A stretch of 64,000 nucleotides of DNA from positions 129,084,001 to 129,148,000 of the forward strand of contig OX597817.1 in NCBI GenBank assembly GCA_951406725.2. The letters are read 5' to 3'. The DNA comes from Octopus vulgaris. Taxonomy: Eukaryota. The notes under the pieces were generated by a model. It made no database searches and had not been told where the DNA came from. It worked only from the letters and a program-made list of their open reading frames with translations. A program made the position numbers and the translations under genes. Of this stretch, positions 1 to 13,331 are shown in pieces; the stretch's first letter is position 1, and every line of letters starts with the position of its first letter.

Positions 1-83
1 AGAACTTTGTTTATCTTAATCTTGAAAAATAAAAGAAGTATAAAAAAAGACCCGATATATACATATATATATATATATATATA

Positions 84-1260
84 CTAGCATTAAAGACCCG
101 TCGTTGCCGGGTCATAGTGCTAGTGCATGTATATATGTGTATATATATGTGTACATACTACATGTACATCTATATATATATACATCTACACATAAAATAC
201 AAAATACAAAGTTATATCTTGATATCGCTAGTGATAACAATACTCAAAATATATAACAGACTGGAATTGTTAGCCCGTCTCTTGTGATTTCGATCAATTG
301 TATCTTGTCCTCCCTCTTGTATAGAAATATAGCTACAATCCAGCCTACCTCTACTTCTGGAGGAGGGAGGGCATTTAAAATGTTTTTCCGGGACGTCCTA
401 CGTCCCAGATATAAAGGTAAAAATAAGATATTTCCACTTTGCAAGTTCAAGTCGAGTACTCCCTCGCACGCTCCGTTGACTCGAACCTTGCTTCTATTGT
501 GGCGAATTTACCGCCTCTGATTAGATACCTTTCATAGTCGCACCAAGACACTTTTCGAAGGTGCATTCCTCCATGTGTTCAAATCGTCTTTTTTCTCTAC
601 ATTGTATACTTTATAGACAGTAGTCTTTTCTTTAATTTAATTTTTTATTATCCATCTGGACTATTCCATTTCTGCAAGCTAATCTTATTTTTAATTTATT
701 CCCATTCATGTGAAACCACTTATTCAAGTTTAGGTCATTGATGCAATTTTATACCAATTGCTATTTTTACTTTTGTTATGTTACGATTATATTATACTTT
801 AGTTTGATTTTTATTATTACTTGCTACATATAATTCAACTGTTATTTTTATTTTTATTGTTAAAGTGAAAGTATCTGACATAAAATAGAGAAACGTTTTT
901 GTTTCACTTTTAACACGTAATACTGAAATAGTGGAGAAAATATGATATTGCTATGGGCTCGCTCTAGACAAGAAATTGAACATTTTTTTCCCATGAAACT
1001 ACATGGACCCTAAGTAAGGCATGTGTAAAACTTAAATGGAATTGGTTGTGTAGTTCTCAAGTTTTAGGGAATCGTAGTGGAGAAAATATGATATTGCTGT
1101 GGGCTCGCCCTAGGCAAAAAGTTCAACATTCTTTTTTGCCAATGACACTCCCCGGACCCTAAGTAAGGCATGTGTAAAATTTGAATGAAATTGGTTGTGT
1201 AGTTCTCAAGTTTTAGGGAAACACACAGACAGACACACATTCCCAGTTTTATATATATAA

Positions 1261-1263
<3 letters not shown>
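84..1263 (-). mobile_element. Non-autonomous Helitron-like element
   Basis: On the minus strand it starts TC (1263-1262, TCTTTATATATATAAAACTGGGAATGTG...). It ends with a GC-rich hairpin (gacccg 95-100 / cgggtc 108-113) followed by CTAG (87-84), and sits between A and T in a (TA)n context. These are canonical Helitron termini. Confidence 0.7.
929..1219. repeat. Diverged ~145-bp tandem duplication inside the Helitron-like element
   Basis: tagtggagaaaatatgatattgct...ggaccctaagtaaggcatgtgtaaaa...attggttgtgtagttctcaagttttaggga occurs at 929-1070 and 1075-1219. Confidence 0.9.
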
Positions 1264-1312
<49 letters not shown>

Positions 1313-1313
<1 letters not shown>

Positions 1314-1720
1314 GCGCAGGAGTGGCTGTGTGGTAAGTAGCTTGCTAACCAACCACATGGTTCCGGGTTCAGTCCCACTGCGTGGCATCTTGGGCAAGTG
1401 TCTTCTGCTATAGCCCCGGGCCGACCAATGCCTTGTGAGTGGATTTGGTAGACGGAAACTGAAAGAGGCCTGTCGTATATATGTATATATATATATATGT
1501 ATGTGTGTTTGTTTGTGTTTGTGTTTGTCTCCCTAGCATTGCTTGACAACCGATGCTGGTGTGTTTATGTCCCCGTTACTTAGCGGTTCGGCAAAAGAGA
1601 CCGATAGAATAAGTACTGGGCTTACAAAAAGAATAAGTCCCGGGGTCGAGTTGCTCGATTAAAGGCGGTGCTCCAGCATGGCCGCAGTCAAATGACTGAA
1701 ACAAGTAAAAGAGTAAAAGA
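1313..1720 (+). mobile_element. tRNA-derived SINE, family A (full length)
   Basis: Head with A/B-box-like motifs (tggctgtgtggtaag; ggttcagtccc), ttgggcaagtg core-like motif, internal (TA)/(TG) tract, tail ggcggtgctccagcatggccgcagtcaaatgactgaaacaagtaaaaga(gtaaaaga)n. Near-identical copies occur elsewhere in the window. Confidence 0.9.
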
Positions 1721-1744
1721 ATATATATATATATATATATATAT

Positions 1745-1954
1745 AGTAAAGGCTATTTGCCAACATAATGTGGCTATCCCGTTTTAGCCTCAAGAAACAT
1801 CATTTCTGGCTGGCTATACGACACACTATCTGTGACCTTATATTTTCGAACAGGGAGCCCAGCATTGCCATTAATGAGCTTCCTATAGCCAGCTAGAAAC
1901 AGTAACATTGGCCCTTTCAGGACAGCCACATTATGTTGGCAAATAGCCTTTACT
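1745..1954. repeat. Fold-back / MITE-like insert next to (TA)n
   Basis: agtaaaggctatttgccaacataatgtggct and its reverse complement agccacattatgttggcaaatagcctttact, plus inner IR tttctggctggctata / tatagccagctagaaa. Confidence 0.8.
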
Positions 1955-1998
1955 TTAAAGGACTGTTACTGAATGTCTCTCTTTGAGAGATCTAGAAG

Positions 1999-2029
<31 letters not shown>

Positions 2030-2539
2030 GGACAAGTGAATTTAATTAATTAATTAATTAATGTGAGTAATAAAAAAGGAAGCTAAACTCATGTGTGTAC
2101 GTTTTCAGTAAACTCAGATATAAAGCTTGCTGTGAAAGATTAATCGTCATTGTTAAACTATATGTTTCCCTCGCGAGGGATAGACCTCCCATTTCCATCG
2201 ATAAAAGATCAATTTGTATTGTTTTAGCATTTGATAATGTCTATTCAGAGATTACTAGTCACTCTTTTCCTCATACAGGACAGTGAATAAGATCTATATT
2301 TAGCATATGTAGACAGAGAGAACTAAGTTAGTTTGTCCAATTTGCATAACAGTGCATGTATTGGCAATAGGAATTAATTGAATAATTAATTAGTTTATTT
2401 ATTTATTAATTAACAGTAGCTGTATTCAACTTTGGGAAAATTAGAAATATAACTGTAAGCAGGCTATCATTTGTTTGTCCTAATCATGCATTTAATCAAC
2501 ACTAACTCTGTTATGTAAATTAATATAATTTCATCGAAA

Positions 2540-2964
2540 GGCGCAGGAGTGGCTGTGTGGTAAGTAGCTTGCTAACCAACCACATGGTTCTGGGTTCAAT
2601 CCCACTGCGTGGCATCTTGGGCAAGTGTCTTCTGCTATAGCCCCGGGCCGACCAATGCCTTGTGAGTGGATTTGGTAGACGGAAACTGAAAGAAGCCTGT
2701 CGTATATATATATATATATATAAATGTATGTGTGTGTTTGTGTGTCTGTGTTTGTCCCCTAGCATTGCTTGACAACCGATGCTGGTGTGTGTTTACGTCC
2801 CCGTCACTTAGCGGTTCGGCAAAAGAGACCGATATAATAAGTACTGGGCTTACAAAAAATAAGTATCGGGGTCGATTTGCTCGACTAAAGGCGGTGCTCC
2901 AGCATGGCCGCAGTCAAATGACTGAAACAAGTAAAAGAGTAAAAGAGTAAGGAGTAAAGAGTAA
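2540..2964 (+). mobile_element. SINE family A (full length)
   Basis: Near-identical to 1313-1720 along its whole length. Confidence 0.9.
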
Positions 2965-3329
2965 GTTAATGATGTTTCTGTGAGAAGAAGTGAGAGAATG
3001 ATTTATGACGATATTTAGCAAAAGCTGAGACTAATGAGATCATAGATATCGCATTTACTGAACAAAGCTTTCAGCTTAACGATAAGGTCTATTTTTATTA
3101 AAAACTCAAACCCATAAGGGTGGCTTGAAAGTTCTTTTTCTCACCGTTTCTCTATATAGATTTTTCCCATGCAAACAGAAACAAACAGAATTCGAAATAT
3201 AAGTATCTATATATTTTATCAATAATCGATAGAAGTTACAGAGTGACTCAAAGGCCAAGATTTGTGCGTTGGCGCTTATCAAACTAGTACGTGATACATA
3301 CATATATGTCTATATAAATAAATGAATAA

Positions 3330-3425
<96 letters not shown>

Positions 3426-3586
3426 ATATATACACACACACATACTTACATATAAGAGATGGAAGTGTACGTACGCCGCTATATGTTTTATATATAAAAA
3501 ATACAAAATGGGACAAGAACGCAAAACATCCAGATAGACGATACAAAGAAAACAAGGACGGGTCATTAGAAGTTTTCTTTCCTCAA

Positions 3587-3930
3587 TGCAAGAGTTAACG
3601 AATGGCGTAGATAAGATCCGGGCTACATATGTTTCAGAGCGAGCGGAAGCTCGGAAGTGGTAAATATCCAAGCGAGGTGTATACCGCAGGCTACTTTTCA
3701 GGCCAAGGGTATCTTGATTAATTGAAAGTTTACATTGTCAATCGGAATCTTCCATATGTTAACATGTACTACCTTATGACAATGTAAACTTTCATTTAAT
3801 CAAGATACCCTTGGAATGACGAGTAACCGGCCGTATACACCTCGCTTGAACATTTACCACTTCTGAGGTTCCGCTCTCTATGAAACATATGTAGTCCGAA
3901 TCTTATCTGCTCCATTCTGTAACTCTTGTA
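3587..3930. repeat. Diverged fold-back (~155-bp arms) with a long-loop hammerhead-like motif in each arm
   Basis: Arms ~3587-3740 and ~3776-3930 are reverse complements. Two-arm consensus: ggc-CTGACGA-gtag-[~60 nt]-ctay-GAAA-catatg-TA-gcc. Confidence 0.7.
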
Positions 3931-4140
3931 TTCTTATTCGCATATCCGGTAATCTTGATTGCCTTCCGTGAAATATAAAAGAATATTTTTCACTTTATAG
4001 TACTTCGATAAGAAAAAAATACACAAAACTTCCGTCTCAAAAACCATAATTGTCCCTGAAAGTTGATTTTTATATTTACTACAGTTTGCTTCTTCCTACA
4101 CCTCGATCCTTGGATCTTTATATAAATATATACACACACA

Positions 4141-4473
4141 TATATATAATACAAAATGGGACAAGAACGCAAAACATCTGGACAACTAGGTGATACAAAA
4201 AGGAACAACAAAACATCCAAATAGACGATACAAAAAACAAGGACGGGTCATTCGGAGCTTTCTATCCTCAGTCAAGAACCGGGCCATCCTCGCAATTTCG
4301 GCTGATTAATCTTGATTAATTGCGAGGATGATCCGGTTCTTGACTTAGGATAGAAAGCTTCGAATGACCCGTCCTTGTTTTTTTGTATCGTCTATCTGGA
4401 TGCTTTATTGTTCCTTTTTGTATCACCTAGTTGTCCGGATGTTTTGCGTTCTTGTCCCATTTTGTATTATATA

Positions 4474-4475
<2 letters not shown>
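4141..4475. repeat. Fold-back of interspersed repeat family P1 (~150-bp arms)
   Basis: atacaaaatgggacaagaacgcaaaacatc...gtcaagaaccgg and its reverse complement. Single arms of the same family occur at ~3499-3585, ~18605-18728 and ~42505-42650. Confidence 0.9.
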
Positions 4476-4534
<59 letters not shown>

Positions 4535-4541
4535 TAATAAT

Positions 4542-4770
4542 AAATATTAGGGAATGAATCCAAAATTACAGGGAAAAATCAGATTTAGGGTTAAATCCAA
4601 TTTTATAGTAAAATATTATATAATATAATTCGAGACAAAACCACTATTTTAAAACCAAACAAGGAAAGACTTAATCAATACATAAAATTTTAATATAATT
4701 TATATTAAAATTTTATGTATTGATTAAGTCTTTCCTTGTTTGGTTTTAAAATAGTGGTTTTGTCTCGAAT

Positions 4771-4780
<10 letters not shown>
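4542..4780 (-). mobile_element. 5'-truncated fold-back copy of hammerhead-bearing family H1
   Basis: Perfect palindrome 4618-4780 (centre ~4699) plus a unique tail 4542-4617 that matches the reverse complement of 55184-55272. Truncated before the ribozyme. Flanked by (TA)n. Confidence 0.85.
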
Positions 4781-4806
<26 letters not shown>

Positions 4807-4857
4807 CGGCGTACGTACACTTTGTTCTCTTATACACACATATATATATATACATGC

Positions 4858-4899
<42 letters not shown>

Positions 4900-5984
4900 A
4901 TGCATGCATGTATGTATGTATAATACCTTAATTCTTTAATTAGCAAAAGATCACAAAAGTGACAAAGGGGCCGACAGTTTCGTCCATGATGCTTATTAAA
5001 CTTTGTAACTTTTTGCCGATTAAAGAAATATTTATACTAATGTATTGAGTTCTATTCCACCACTTTGTTGCATCAAACATGTAGACATGCACACGCAGAC
5101 AGACACATACACACACTGATATAAACACTTGCATGCACAACAGTTTCTGCATGCGTATGCGCATATGACCGTTCATGTGTCCACGCGCCTATGAGCACAC
5201 CAGCGTTAAATGACCATTTAAAAGCTTGAAATGTGCCGAAGAACCAATCTCTACGCAGCTCATTCCATCCAAGCGCTTTCACCCGCTCTATCCTCCCTCT
5301 CAGTTTTTTCGTTCTTCTTACTTTTCCTTTTATAATTACATACATTTCAGCCTCATGCGCAGAAACACACACGTATATACACGCGCGCTTTGAAGCAATC
5401 TCCCTCCGTGTATCTCCATGATTTTTTTTTCTCAAAGTTCTCTTTACTGTCAATGTGTATTCATTGTCTTTGTTCTTTTTCTACACATTTTACGTTTATA
5501 TTTTTTGTTCAATCTCTGTATTTCAATATTGGCGGTAGCTGAGTGGGAGGGTTTTTTTTTACAGATATATATTGTTACCTTTTGTCGTTTTTTGTTGTTG
5601 TTGTTGTTGTTGTTGCTATTGTTGTTGCTGATGGTTTGTAGTTATTCTGGCTTTTAATGTTTCCTCATCATTCTTTCTGAATGTTGCTGTTGTTCTTGTT
5701 CTTGTTGTTTTTAGGTGTGTGTCTACATCAGTGGCCGAATTTTTTTTTAAAAGCAAATGAAATCATATCGACATCACACCCCGGGTACGGTAGGAGCAGA
5801 AAGAATAGAAAAAGGAATATATATGAGTCTATTTCGAGGGGCGTAAACATAATCACGCAGTCACATGTGTGTGCGTGTATATGCATGTGTGTGTATATGT
5901 ATGTGTGTATGTGTGAGTGTGTGTGTACGTGTGCGTGTGTGAGTGTATATGTATATGTATATGCATAAGTATATGTATATTTAT

Positions 5985-6046
5985 GTATGTATGCATGTAT
6001 GTATCTATGTATCTATATATCTATCTATCTATCTATCTATCTATCC

Positions 6047-6143
<97 letters not shown>

Positions 6144-6330
6144 CATACACACGTGTGTGTATGTGCACATACGTACATTTACGCATAAATACGTATACAT
6201 GCACATATACAAACACAGACATGTATATACATAAGATATTCTTACATACATACATGTATACATGCATATATACATACATACATAAATACATACATACATA
6301 CACACATACATACATGCATACATACATACA
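5985..6330. repeat. Compound microsatellite (ATCT)n/(TA)n/(CATA)n
   Basis: Direct reading. Explains the YLSI/IYIY/HTYI ORFs. Confidence 0.95.
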
Positions 6331-6859
6331 TATAAGCATACAGAGGCGCACACGCATGTCCATTTGACAATTGGTCTGGAAATTCATCAGAAATGAATTG
6401 TTGAATGGGAAAGTGCAACCATGGAAGAAATTAATTTCTAACAATATAATATAGCAGTATTGAAAACACTCTCATCATAGCGACCAAGCTCCTACCACAT
6501 TCCCGCCACATCACACGCCATATCATACACTTCAGCACACTACACTAAGCTTGACCCCTCCTCCCTGGCCTCTTAGAAAGAGAAAACAGAGATTGATGTA
6601 CACGTCAATCTCTATTTTCCCTTTCTCTCTTTTTCCATTTTCTCTCCCACTCTCTCTCCCTTTCTCTCTCTTTTCTTGTCGATATGTTTTTTATCTTTTT
6701 TATATATCTCCATCTTCCTTCCTTCATCTCACCTCCTTTCTCTCCTTCCTCTCTCCCTGTCTCTTTCTGCCCGCTTCGCGCTGTTATTTCTTTTTATGTC
6801 GTGTGATAGCACGCGCGAACGTTCGTGTCTGCGCTTATATGTGTGAAAGTGATTTTTGT

Positions 6860-6902
<43 letters not shown>

Positions 6903-7950
6903 CGTATGTATGAGCATGTATATATACACAGGCCAATATATTCGTGTCCATCTGTGTCTGTGTGTTTGACAGTCCGTTAGTCTTGTTTTGGTTTTTCCAC
7001 GTCAGGTAGTGCATGTGTGTTGACCATATCAGCAATATAAGAAATGGAAATATCTTTTAAAGAGATATATTGTTTCACAAGTGCTTTTAACTTATACAAA
7101 AATTATATACTATGTCCTACAGTTTAAAATTTTGAAACACTTATAGTTATACATAAACTGTTGTAATTGTCAGCAGTGGATGAATAAACCTATGATAAAA
7201 ACATTACAGTCTTTTTGTACATTGCTTTTAAAGGACTGCATTATCCAATACACTCTCTTCATTTTGACGACAGTAAATGAAATTAGATTCACGCAGATTG
7301 TTGTCGCCATCTCCCTCATTAGTTTGAAGGCCAGCGTTCGCCTACATTTGGTTCACAATTAATATCCATCTTGGCACTATGCGGTGCATTTGTAGTTTTT
7401 TATGGCTTAGTCATAGGAGGAAGGGGAGTGCCCACCATCCTTTTCAGGGTTTCAATTGAATCATCCCATTAACAGTTTGGGTCTTATATTTAGCGATCTT
7501 GGTGCGATGAAAGACAAAAACGACACTGGTGGGATTTGAAAACATTTAAATTCACAGAACCTAGCCAGTTATAGACATATGTATATATTTATGTCTGTAA
7601 ATACACTTACATAAATGCGCGCGCACACACACACACACATATAGGCCAAAAAAGCTAGTTCCAAAATCTAAGGGATGAACGCAGTACTAACAAGTAATCT
7701 TCGTAGCCATTTCAACATGACTGTTAGCGTTCGATATACATATATATCGTTTCCGTTTGGCAAAAGGATAGTAATAACCTGGTGTTAGGACTCAAGATAC
7801 ACATGCTTCAGAATAAAGCATTAGTTGAATATAGAGCGTAATATGAAGTTAAATATGAAGTTATTTCGTAAGCCCCGAGGAAGCTATAAGGTGATGCACT
7901 AGTAATCATCTCTAAGTACACAGTATCTAAGTACACAGCAGAAGCAACTC

Positions 7951-8382
7951 TCTTTTACTCTTTTACTCTTTTACTTGTTTCAGTCATTTGACTGCGACCA
8001 TGCTGGAGCACCGCCTTTTTAGTCGAGCAAATCGACCCCAGGACTTATTCTTTGTAAGCCCAGTACTTATTCTATCGGTCTCTTTTGCCGAACCGCTAAG
8101 TTACGGGGACGTAAACACACCAGCATCGGTTGTCAAGCAATGCTAGGAGGACAAACACAGACACACAAACACACACACACATATATATATATATATACAT
8201 GTATATATATACATATATACGACAGGCCTCTTTCAGTTTCCGTCTACCAAATCCACTCACAAGGCATTGGTCGACCCGGGGCTATAGCAGAAGACACTTG
8301 TCCAAGATGCCACGCAGTGGGACTGAACCCGGAACCATGTGGTTGGTTAGCAAGCTACTTACCACACAGCCACTCCTGCGCC
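7951..8382 (-). mobile_element. SINE family A (full length)
   Basis: Reverse complement of 1313-1720. Confidence 0.9.
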
Positions 8383-8902
8383 TGTTAACTCCTGTTAACT
8401 AATGAAGTTCATTGGGATCTTTTCCTTTTGAACGGCAGTTTTCAACACAATTTCTAGTTAACTTAACACTTTTAAACTTCGTATACTGGTAGAATGTGTC
8501 AAAATAAAACATTTTTTTGTCTTGGCTTTCTTGAGAAAATTGTAATTTGTAAGTTTAACGTAGTTTAATTTTTCGAATTTTAACCAATCGATTGCCTCTA
8601 TTTAGCTAAAATCATTTGCTGCGTCTAATACTGAGACAACACCCTGTCACTGTTATGTTTACGTTCGGAAAGCGTGTGTATAAAATTATTGAATTATTCT
8701 GTTTGTTAATTGTTTAAATTATTTTCCATTGCTTTCGTTGTAGCCTTTCGTTTTTTTTTCTTAAGCAATGGAAACTAGTTTAAACAATACACGTGTATCT
8801 CAAAACAAAAACTCAAAACAAAAACAAAACGAATAATTTTAGACACACGCGTAACAATTAAATTAATTTAACAATTAAGGAAAAAAAAACCAAAGGCTAA
8901 AA

Positions 8903-8987
8903 TTTAGGGTTAGGGTTAGGGTTAGGGTTAGTGTTAGGATTGGGGTTAAGGTTAGGGTTAGTGTAGGGTTAGGGTAAGGGTTAGGGT
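8903..8987 (+). repeat. Interstitial (TTAGGG)n-like tract
   Basis: ttagggttagggttagggttagggttagtgttagg... with degenerate units. Bracketed by a 10-bp IR, cctgtcactg (~8643) / cagtgacagg (~8988). Confidence 0.8.
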
Positions 8988-9078
8988 CAGTGACAGGATG
9001 TTTACATCACATCTCCTCCCCTAGACCACAGAAGTAGTAGTAATAGTATTAGTATGGATAGTAGTAGTAGTAGTAGTA

Positions 9079-9127
<49 letters not shown>

Positions 9128-9130
<3 letters not shown>

Positions 9131-9675
9131 CCCTGATGCAGTACCAGACAATGGCTCTCATGCCTTCTGATCTTAATGATTGGAAGTGTTATCATGTACA
9201 TTGTTTTGTCTTGGTATAAAAGATGGGCTACAGCAAATATTCTGCTCAATACCACAGATTTGCTTGTCAGTTGTTTGACTTTAACCAGTTGAGCATGTCC
9301 CTTACAGGCTGGCGATATGTGCATCTCTGATCACGAGCAGAAGTAGTGGGGGAGTATCATAGCCATGTGTTGAGAGGAATTCTTCAAGGTTTGGATAATT
9401 CACCTTTGGAAACATGAGTGATTCGTTCAACATCCTTGAGCAACCCTTCTTCAGGGACCTTTTGAGTAGGATGGACCACTCGACTTGAAGAAAATTCTAA
9501 CTGGGCGCCACCTGCAAGGTCATGCGCTGTTTTTCCTGATATGAGAACACCATGTAGCGCACATATGATTGTGATGCATGTGCCTAGTGTACCCTTATCA
9601 GACGGGTAGTCACTGGGCTTCGTATATTTTACCCCAGTGTCACTTTGATGGCATGCACTGCTCTCACACTCAATC
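9128..9675. mobile_element. Interspersed repeat family D flanked by (AAT)n
   Basis: Non-microsatellite ~550-bp block between (AAT)n runs. Its right part (ccatgtagcgcacatatgattgtgatg...ctgctctcacactc) recurs, diverged, at ~28190-28325. Confidence 0.6.
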
Positions 9676-9694
9676 AATAATAATAATAATCCTT

Positions 9695-9897
9695 TATACT
9701 GGACGCACAAGGCCTCAAATTTTGGGGAAGGGATTAAGTCAATGCGTAAATGGTACTCATTTAATCGACATCGAAAGGATGAAAAGTAAAGTCGACTTCG
9801 GCGGAATTTGAACTCAGGATGTAGCGACGGGTAAAATACCGCTAAGCATTTCATCCAGCACGCTAACGATTCCACCAGCGCACCACCTTTTGCCGCC
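9695..9897 (-). mobile_element. SINE family B (diverged)
   Basis: gaaaggatgaaaagtaaagtcgacttcggcggaatttgaactc...gctaacgattccaccagc matches the reverse complement of 14221-14380. Confidence 0.8.
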
Positions 9898-9953
9898 TTA
9901 TAATAATGACAACATCAGCAGCAGCAGCAAAAAAAACAACAACAATGACAATG

Positions 9954-10013
<60 letters not shown>

Positions 10014-10517
10014 TAAAACACCAAGAAACCACCCTCACATCCACAAGTAGCTTCATGACAATAACGCCCATCACAATAAGCCGCATCACAAATACCCCCA
10101 ACACCCATCCTCTCATACCGCTACCATTTTCTGCAACAATCGCCATTATCAAACAAATCACCAAAAAGCAAAGATCCTACCGCCACAAGTAGCTACACTA
10201 CTTCCATATTTCTTTTCTTTTTCACCCCCCCCCCTACACTTTTTAAATGTATTTTATGCGCTTTCCACAATTACCTATGACTCACAATTTCTCTGACAAC
10301 TCCCTTTCCTTAAATCTTCCAAATAATATAATATAATATAACATAGCCTTTTCCTTTCCTTCAACCTACATTAAACCCTTTACTGTCCACCATAAGCATC
10401 ATCGCCACCAACACCAACATCAACACTAACCACCAACACCACCATAACCACTAGCACCGTTTACCCATCACACTCTAACCAACACATACCGTATACAAAC
10501 CCCTACCCTTATAAATT

Positions 10518-10558
<41 letters not shown>

Positions 10559-10716
10559 GTGTCGCGATTCGGGAGCCAGCTAAGCATTTTGGATAACAAT
10601 TACCTCTCGCGACGCCTAGCTTCGGAAACAAAAGACCAAACTCTGTGTATGTATAGATGTACGTGTCTTCACGTATGTATGCATGCATGTACATATACAT
10701 ATATACATATACATAT

Positions 10717-10777
<61 letters not shown>

Positions 10778-10891
10778 CAAATATATATATATTTATATAT
10801 ACGTATGCATGTATATATAAATATATGTATACTTATGTGTGTGTATGTATGCATATATATCATATTATTATATTACATATACACACACATA

Positions 10892-10932
<41 letters not shown>

Positions 10933-11253
10933 GTATATGTGTGTGTGTATGCTATGTGTATCTATGTCATGTGTATACCTTTATTTAGGCATATATGTGC
11001 AGACATACGCGCGCACACAAATGCACATATATAGAGAGAGACACCCAGAGAGACAGAGCACTCTCATCTTTATACTGAGGGTTATGAGGAGGTGACGCAG
11101 CTTCAATTTTTTTTGGGAAAATGGGTTTGTGACGGCACCTGGGCGGCAGAGCAAAAAGTAAAAAGAAGACAATTGTGAAAAGGACGGTAAGAGATGGAAA
11201 GAAAAGCACAGACACATAAACGGACGCAAACATACACACACACACATATGTAG

Positions 11254-11298
<45 letters not shown>

Positions 11299-11336
11299 CA
11301 GAATCATACATACATACGTATATATATAATATATAT

Positions 11337-11393
<57 letters not shown>

Positions 11394-11679
11394 CATGCGT
11401 ATATGCAGAGTGTTTGTGTAAACATTTGTACGTGTGTGTATGTGTGCGTGCGTGCGTGCGTCTGTGTTTGAAGTTAGATGTGGAAGAAAGCGAAGGTAAT
11501 GGAAGGCGCTTTAGGAGTGGAGGAATTGGGTAGACGATTTGGAATGAAAGGACACAATGACAGGGTGGTGGAAAAGTTGATGGAGAGAGAGAGAGTGAGA
11601 GACAGAGACAGACAGATAGACAGCAAGAGAGAGAGAGAGAGAGAGTGAGAGAGATAGAGAGGTAGACAGACATAGGCTT

Positions 11680-11892
11680 CGAATTTTGGCACAAGACCAG
11701 CAATTTTGAGTGAGCGGAAAAAAGCCGGTTACATCGCTCCCCACCAGTATTAAACTGGTACTTATTTCATAGATCCCAGACGCATGCAAGGCAAAGTCGA
11801 CCTCGGAGGAATTTGAAGTCAGAACGTAAAGACGGACGAAATGCTCCTAAGCATTTTGTCCGGCGTGCTTATGACTCTACCACCTCGTCGCC
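11680..11892 (-). mobile_element. SINE family B (diverged)
   Basis: aaggcaaagtcgacctcggaggaatttgaagtcagaacgtaaagacggacgaaatg; followed by (AAT)n. Confidence 0.8.
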
Positions 11893-11893
<1 letters not shown>

Positions 11894-11965
<72 letters not shown>

Positions 11966-11980
11966 ACATAAGATGACGAT

Positions 11981-12067
<87 letters not shown>

Positions 12068-12534
12068 GGATGATGATGATGATGAGGAGGAGGATGATGA
12101 TGATGAGGAGGATGATGATTATGACGACGATGATGCTGATGATTCCATTTATTGCTAGAAGAGGGACGACTGTGGAAGACATTTAGGTGGACAAGCTGCA
12201 ATGTAGTGGTGGCGTTGGTGTGGATTTAACACCAAATGGGAGAGGGAAACAATATTATGAGAAAAATATAAAAAGAAAAATACCTCCCCGCTCTCTCGAC
12301 TTCAAAAACAAAAAAATGAACATACAAACAACAATATTCAACTTCAATGAAGTGCACAACATTGTGATGATGATGATGATGATGGAGGAGAATGAGTAGG
12401 AAGAGGAGGAGGAGGAGGAGACAGAATGGGGATCCACATCATGACGCTACTGATGATGACCTAGATGATACAAGGAGGAGGTGACAGAAGCGGAGGAAGA
12501 TGGAGAGCTAGAAGAAGAAGAGGAAGAAGAAGAA

Positions 12535-12591
<57 letters not shown>

Positions 12592-12662
12592 GGGATGATG
12601 ATCACGACGAGAATGATGATGATGATGATTATGATGATGATGATGATGATGATGATGATGTT
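11894..12662. repeat. Trinucleotide microsatellite cluster (AAT)n, (GAT)n, (GAG/GAA)n
   Basis: Direct reading. Source of the poly-N/D/M/H/I ORFs. Confidence 0.9.
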
Positions 12663-13173
12663 AGTAATTATAATAATGATACTGATGATGGTGGTGACGT
12701 TGTTATGTGTTTAGGAAAGTGTGGTGGGGAACAGGACACAAAGGGCTTTAATATTGTTAATAAACAAGAATGACAATGAAGACGGCGTTTCCCAACTGAC
12801 AAGGAATAAACACCCCACCCCAAACAATTTTTATACACTCGCACGTGCACGGGTAAGCTTTCCCTTCTCCTTCCCACCCATCAACCTACAAAGCAACGTA
12901 CATTCACATACATAGCGCACACATATATGTACATGTAGACACTCATACACTCATGAAACCATGTTTGTATACATACATATATACATACATTCATACATAC
13001 ATACATACATACATATATATATGTATGTATATATATGGAACCCACAAGTGTAAACAAGAGAGACAGAGAAAGGCAGAAACAAGGAAAATGCCACTTATAT
13101 TTAAACACTATACAAATATTCTTTTAAAAGAACTTTTCTTTTAATTTTTCTAAATTTAATTATTTAATCGTTA

Positions 13174-13210
13174 CAGTTGAAAATGTCTCAAATGACCGAA
13201 ACCGGTATTG
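13174..13210 (+). ncRNA. Degenerate minimal hammerhead ribozyme motif
   Basis: cag-TTGAAAA-tgtc(tcaaat)gacc-GAAA-ccgg-TA-ttg. The core has two substitutions versus CUGANGA; stem III is the palindrome ccgg. Confidence 0.5.
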
Positions 13211-13292
13211 AAATGTTCTTTATAAAATTATTTTAGCATTTTCTATCTTGACTTGTTTTTTCATATATATCAACTCGTATGTTCCTTTTCAT

Positions 13293-13331
<39 letters not shown>

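Noticed and set aside
4323-4365. Hammerhead in family P1 (ctgagga...gaaa on the left-arm minus strand)
   Set aside because: Only two bases separate the core from GAAA, so stem II cannot form.
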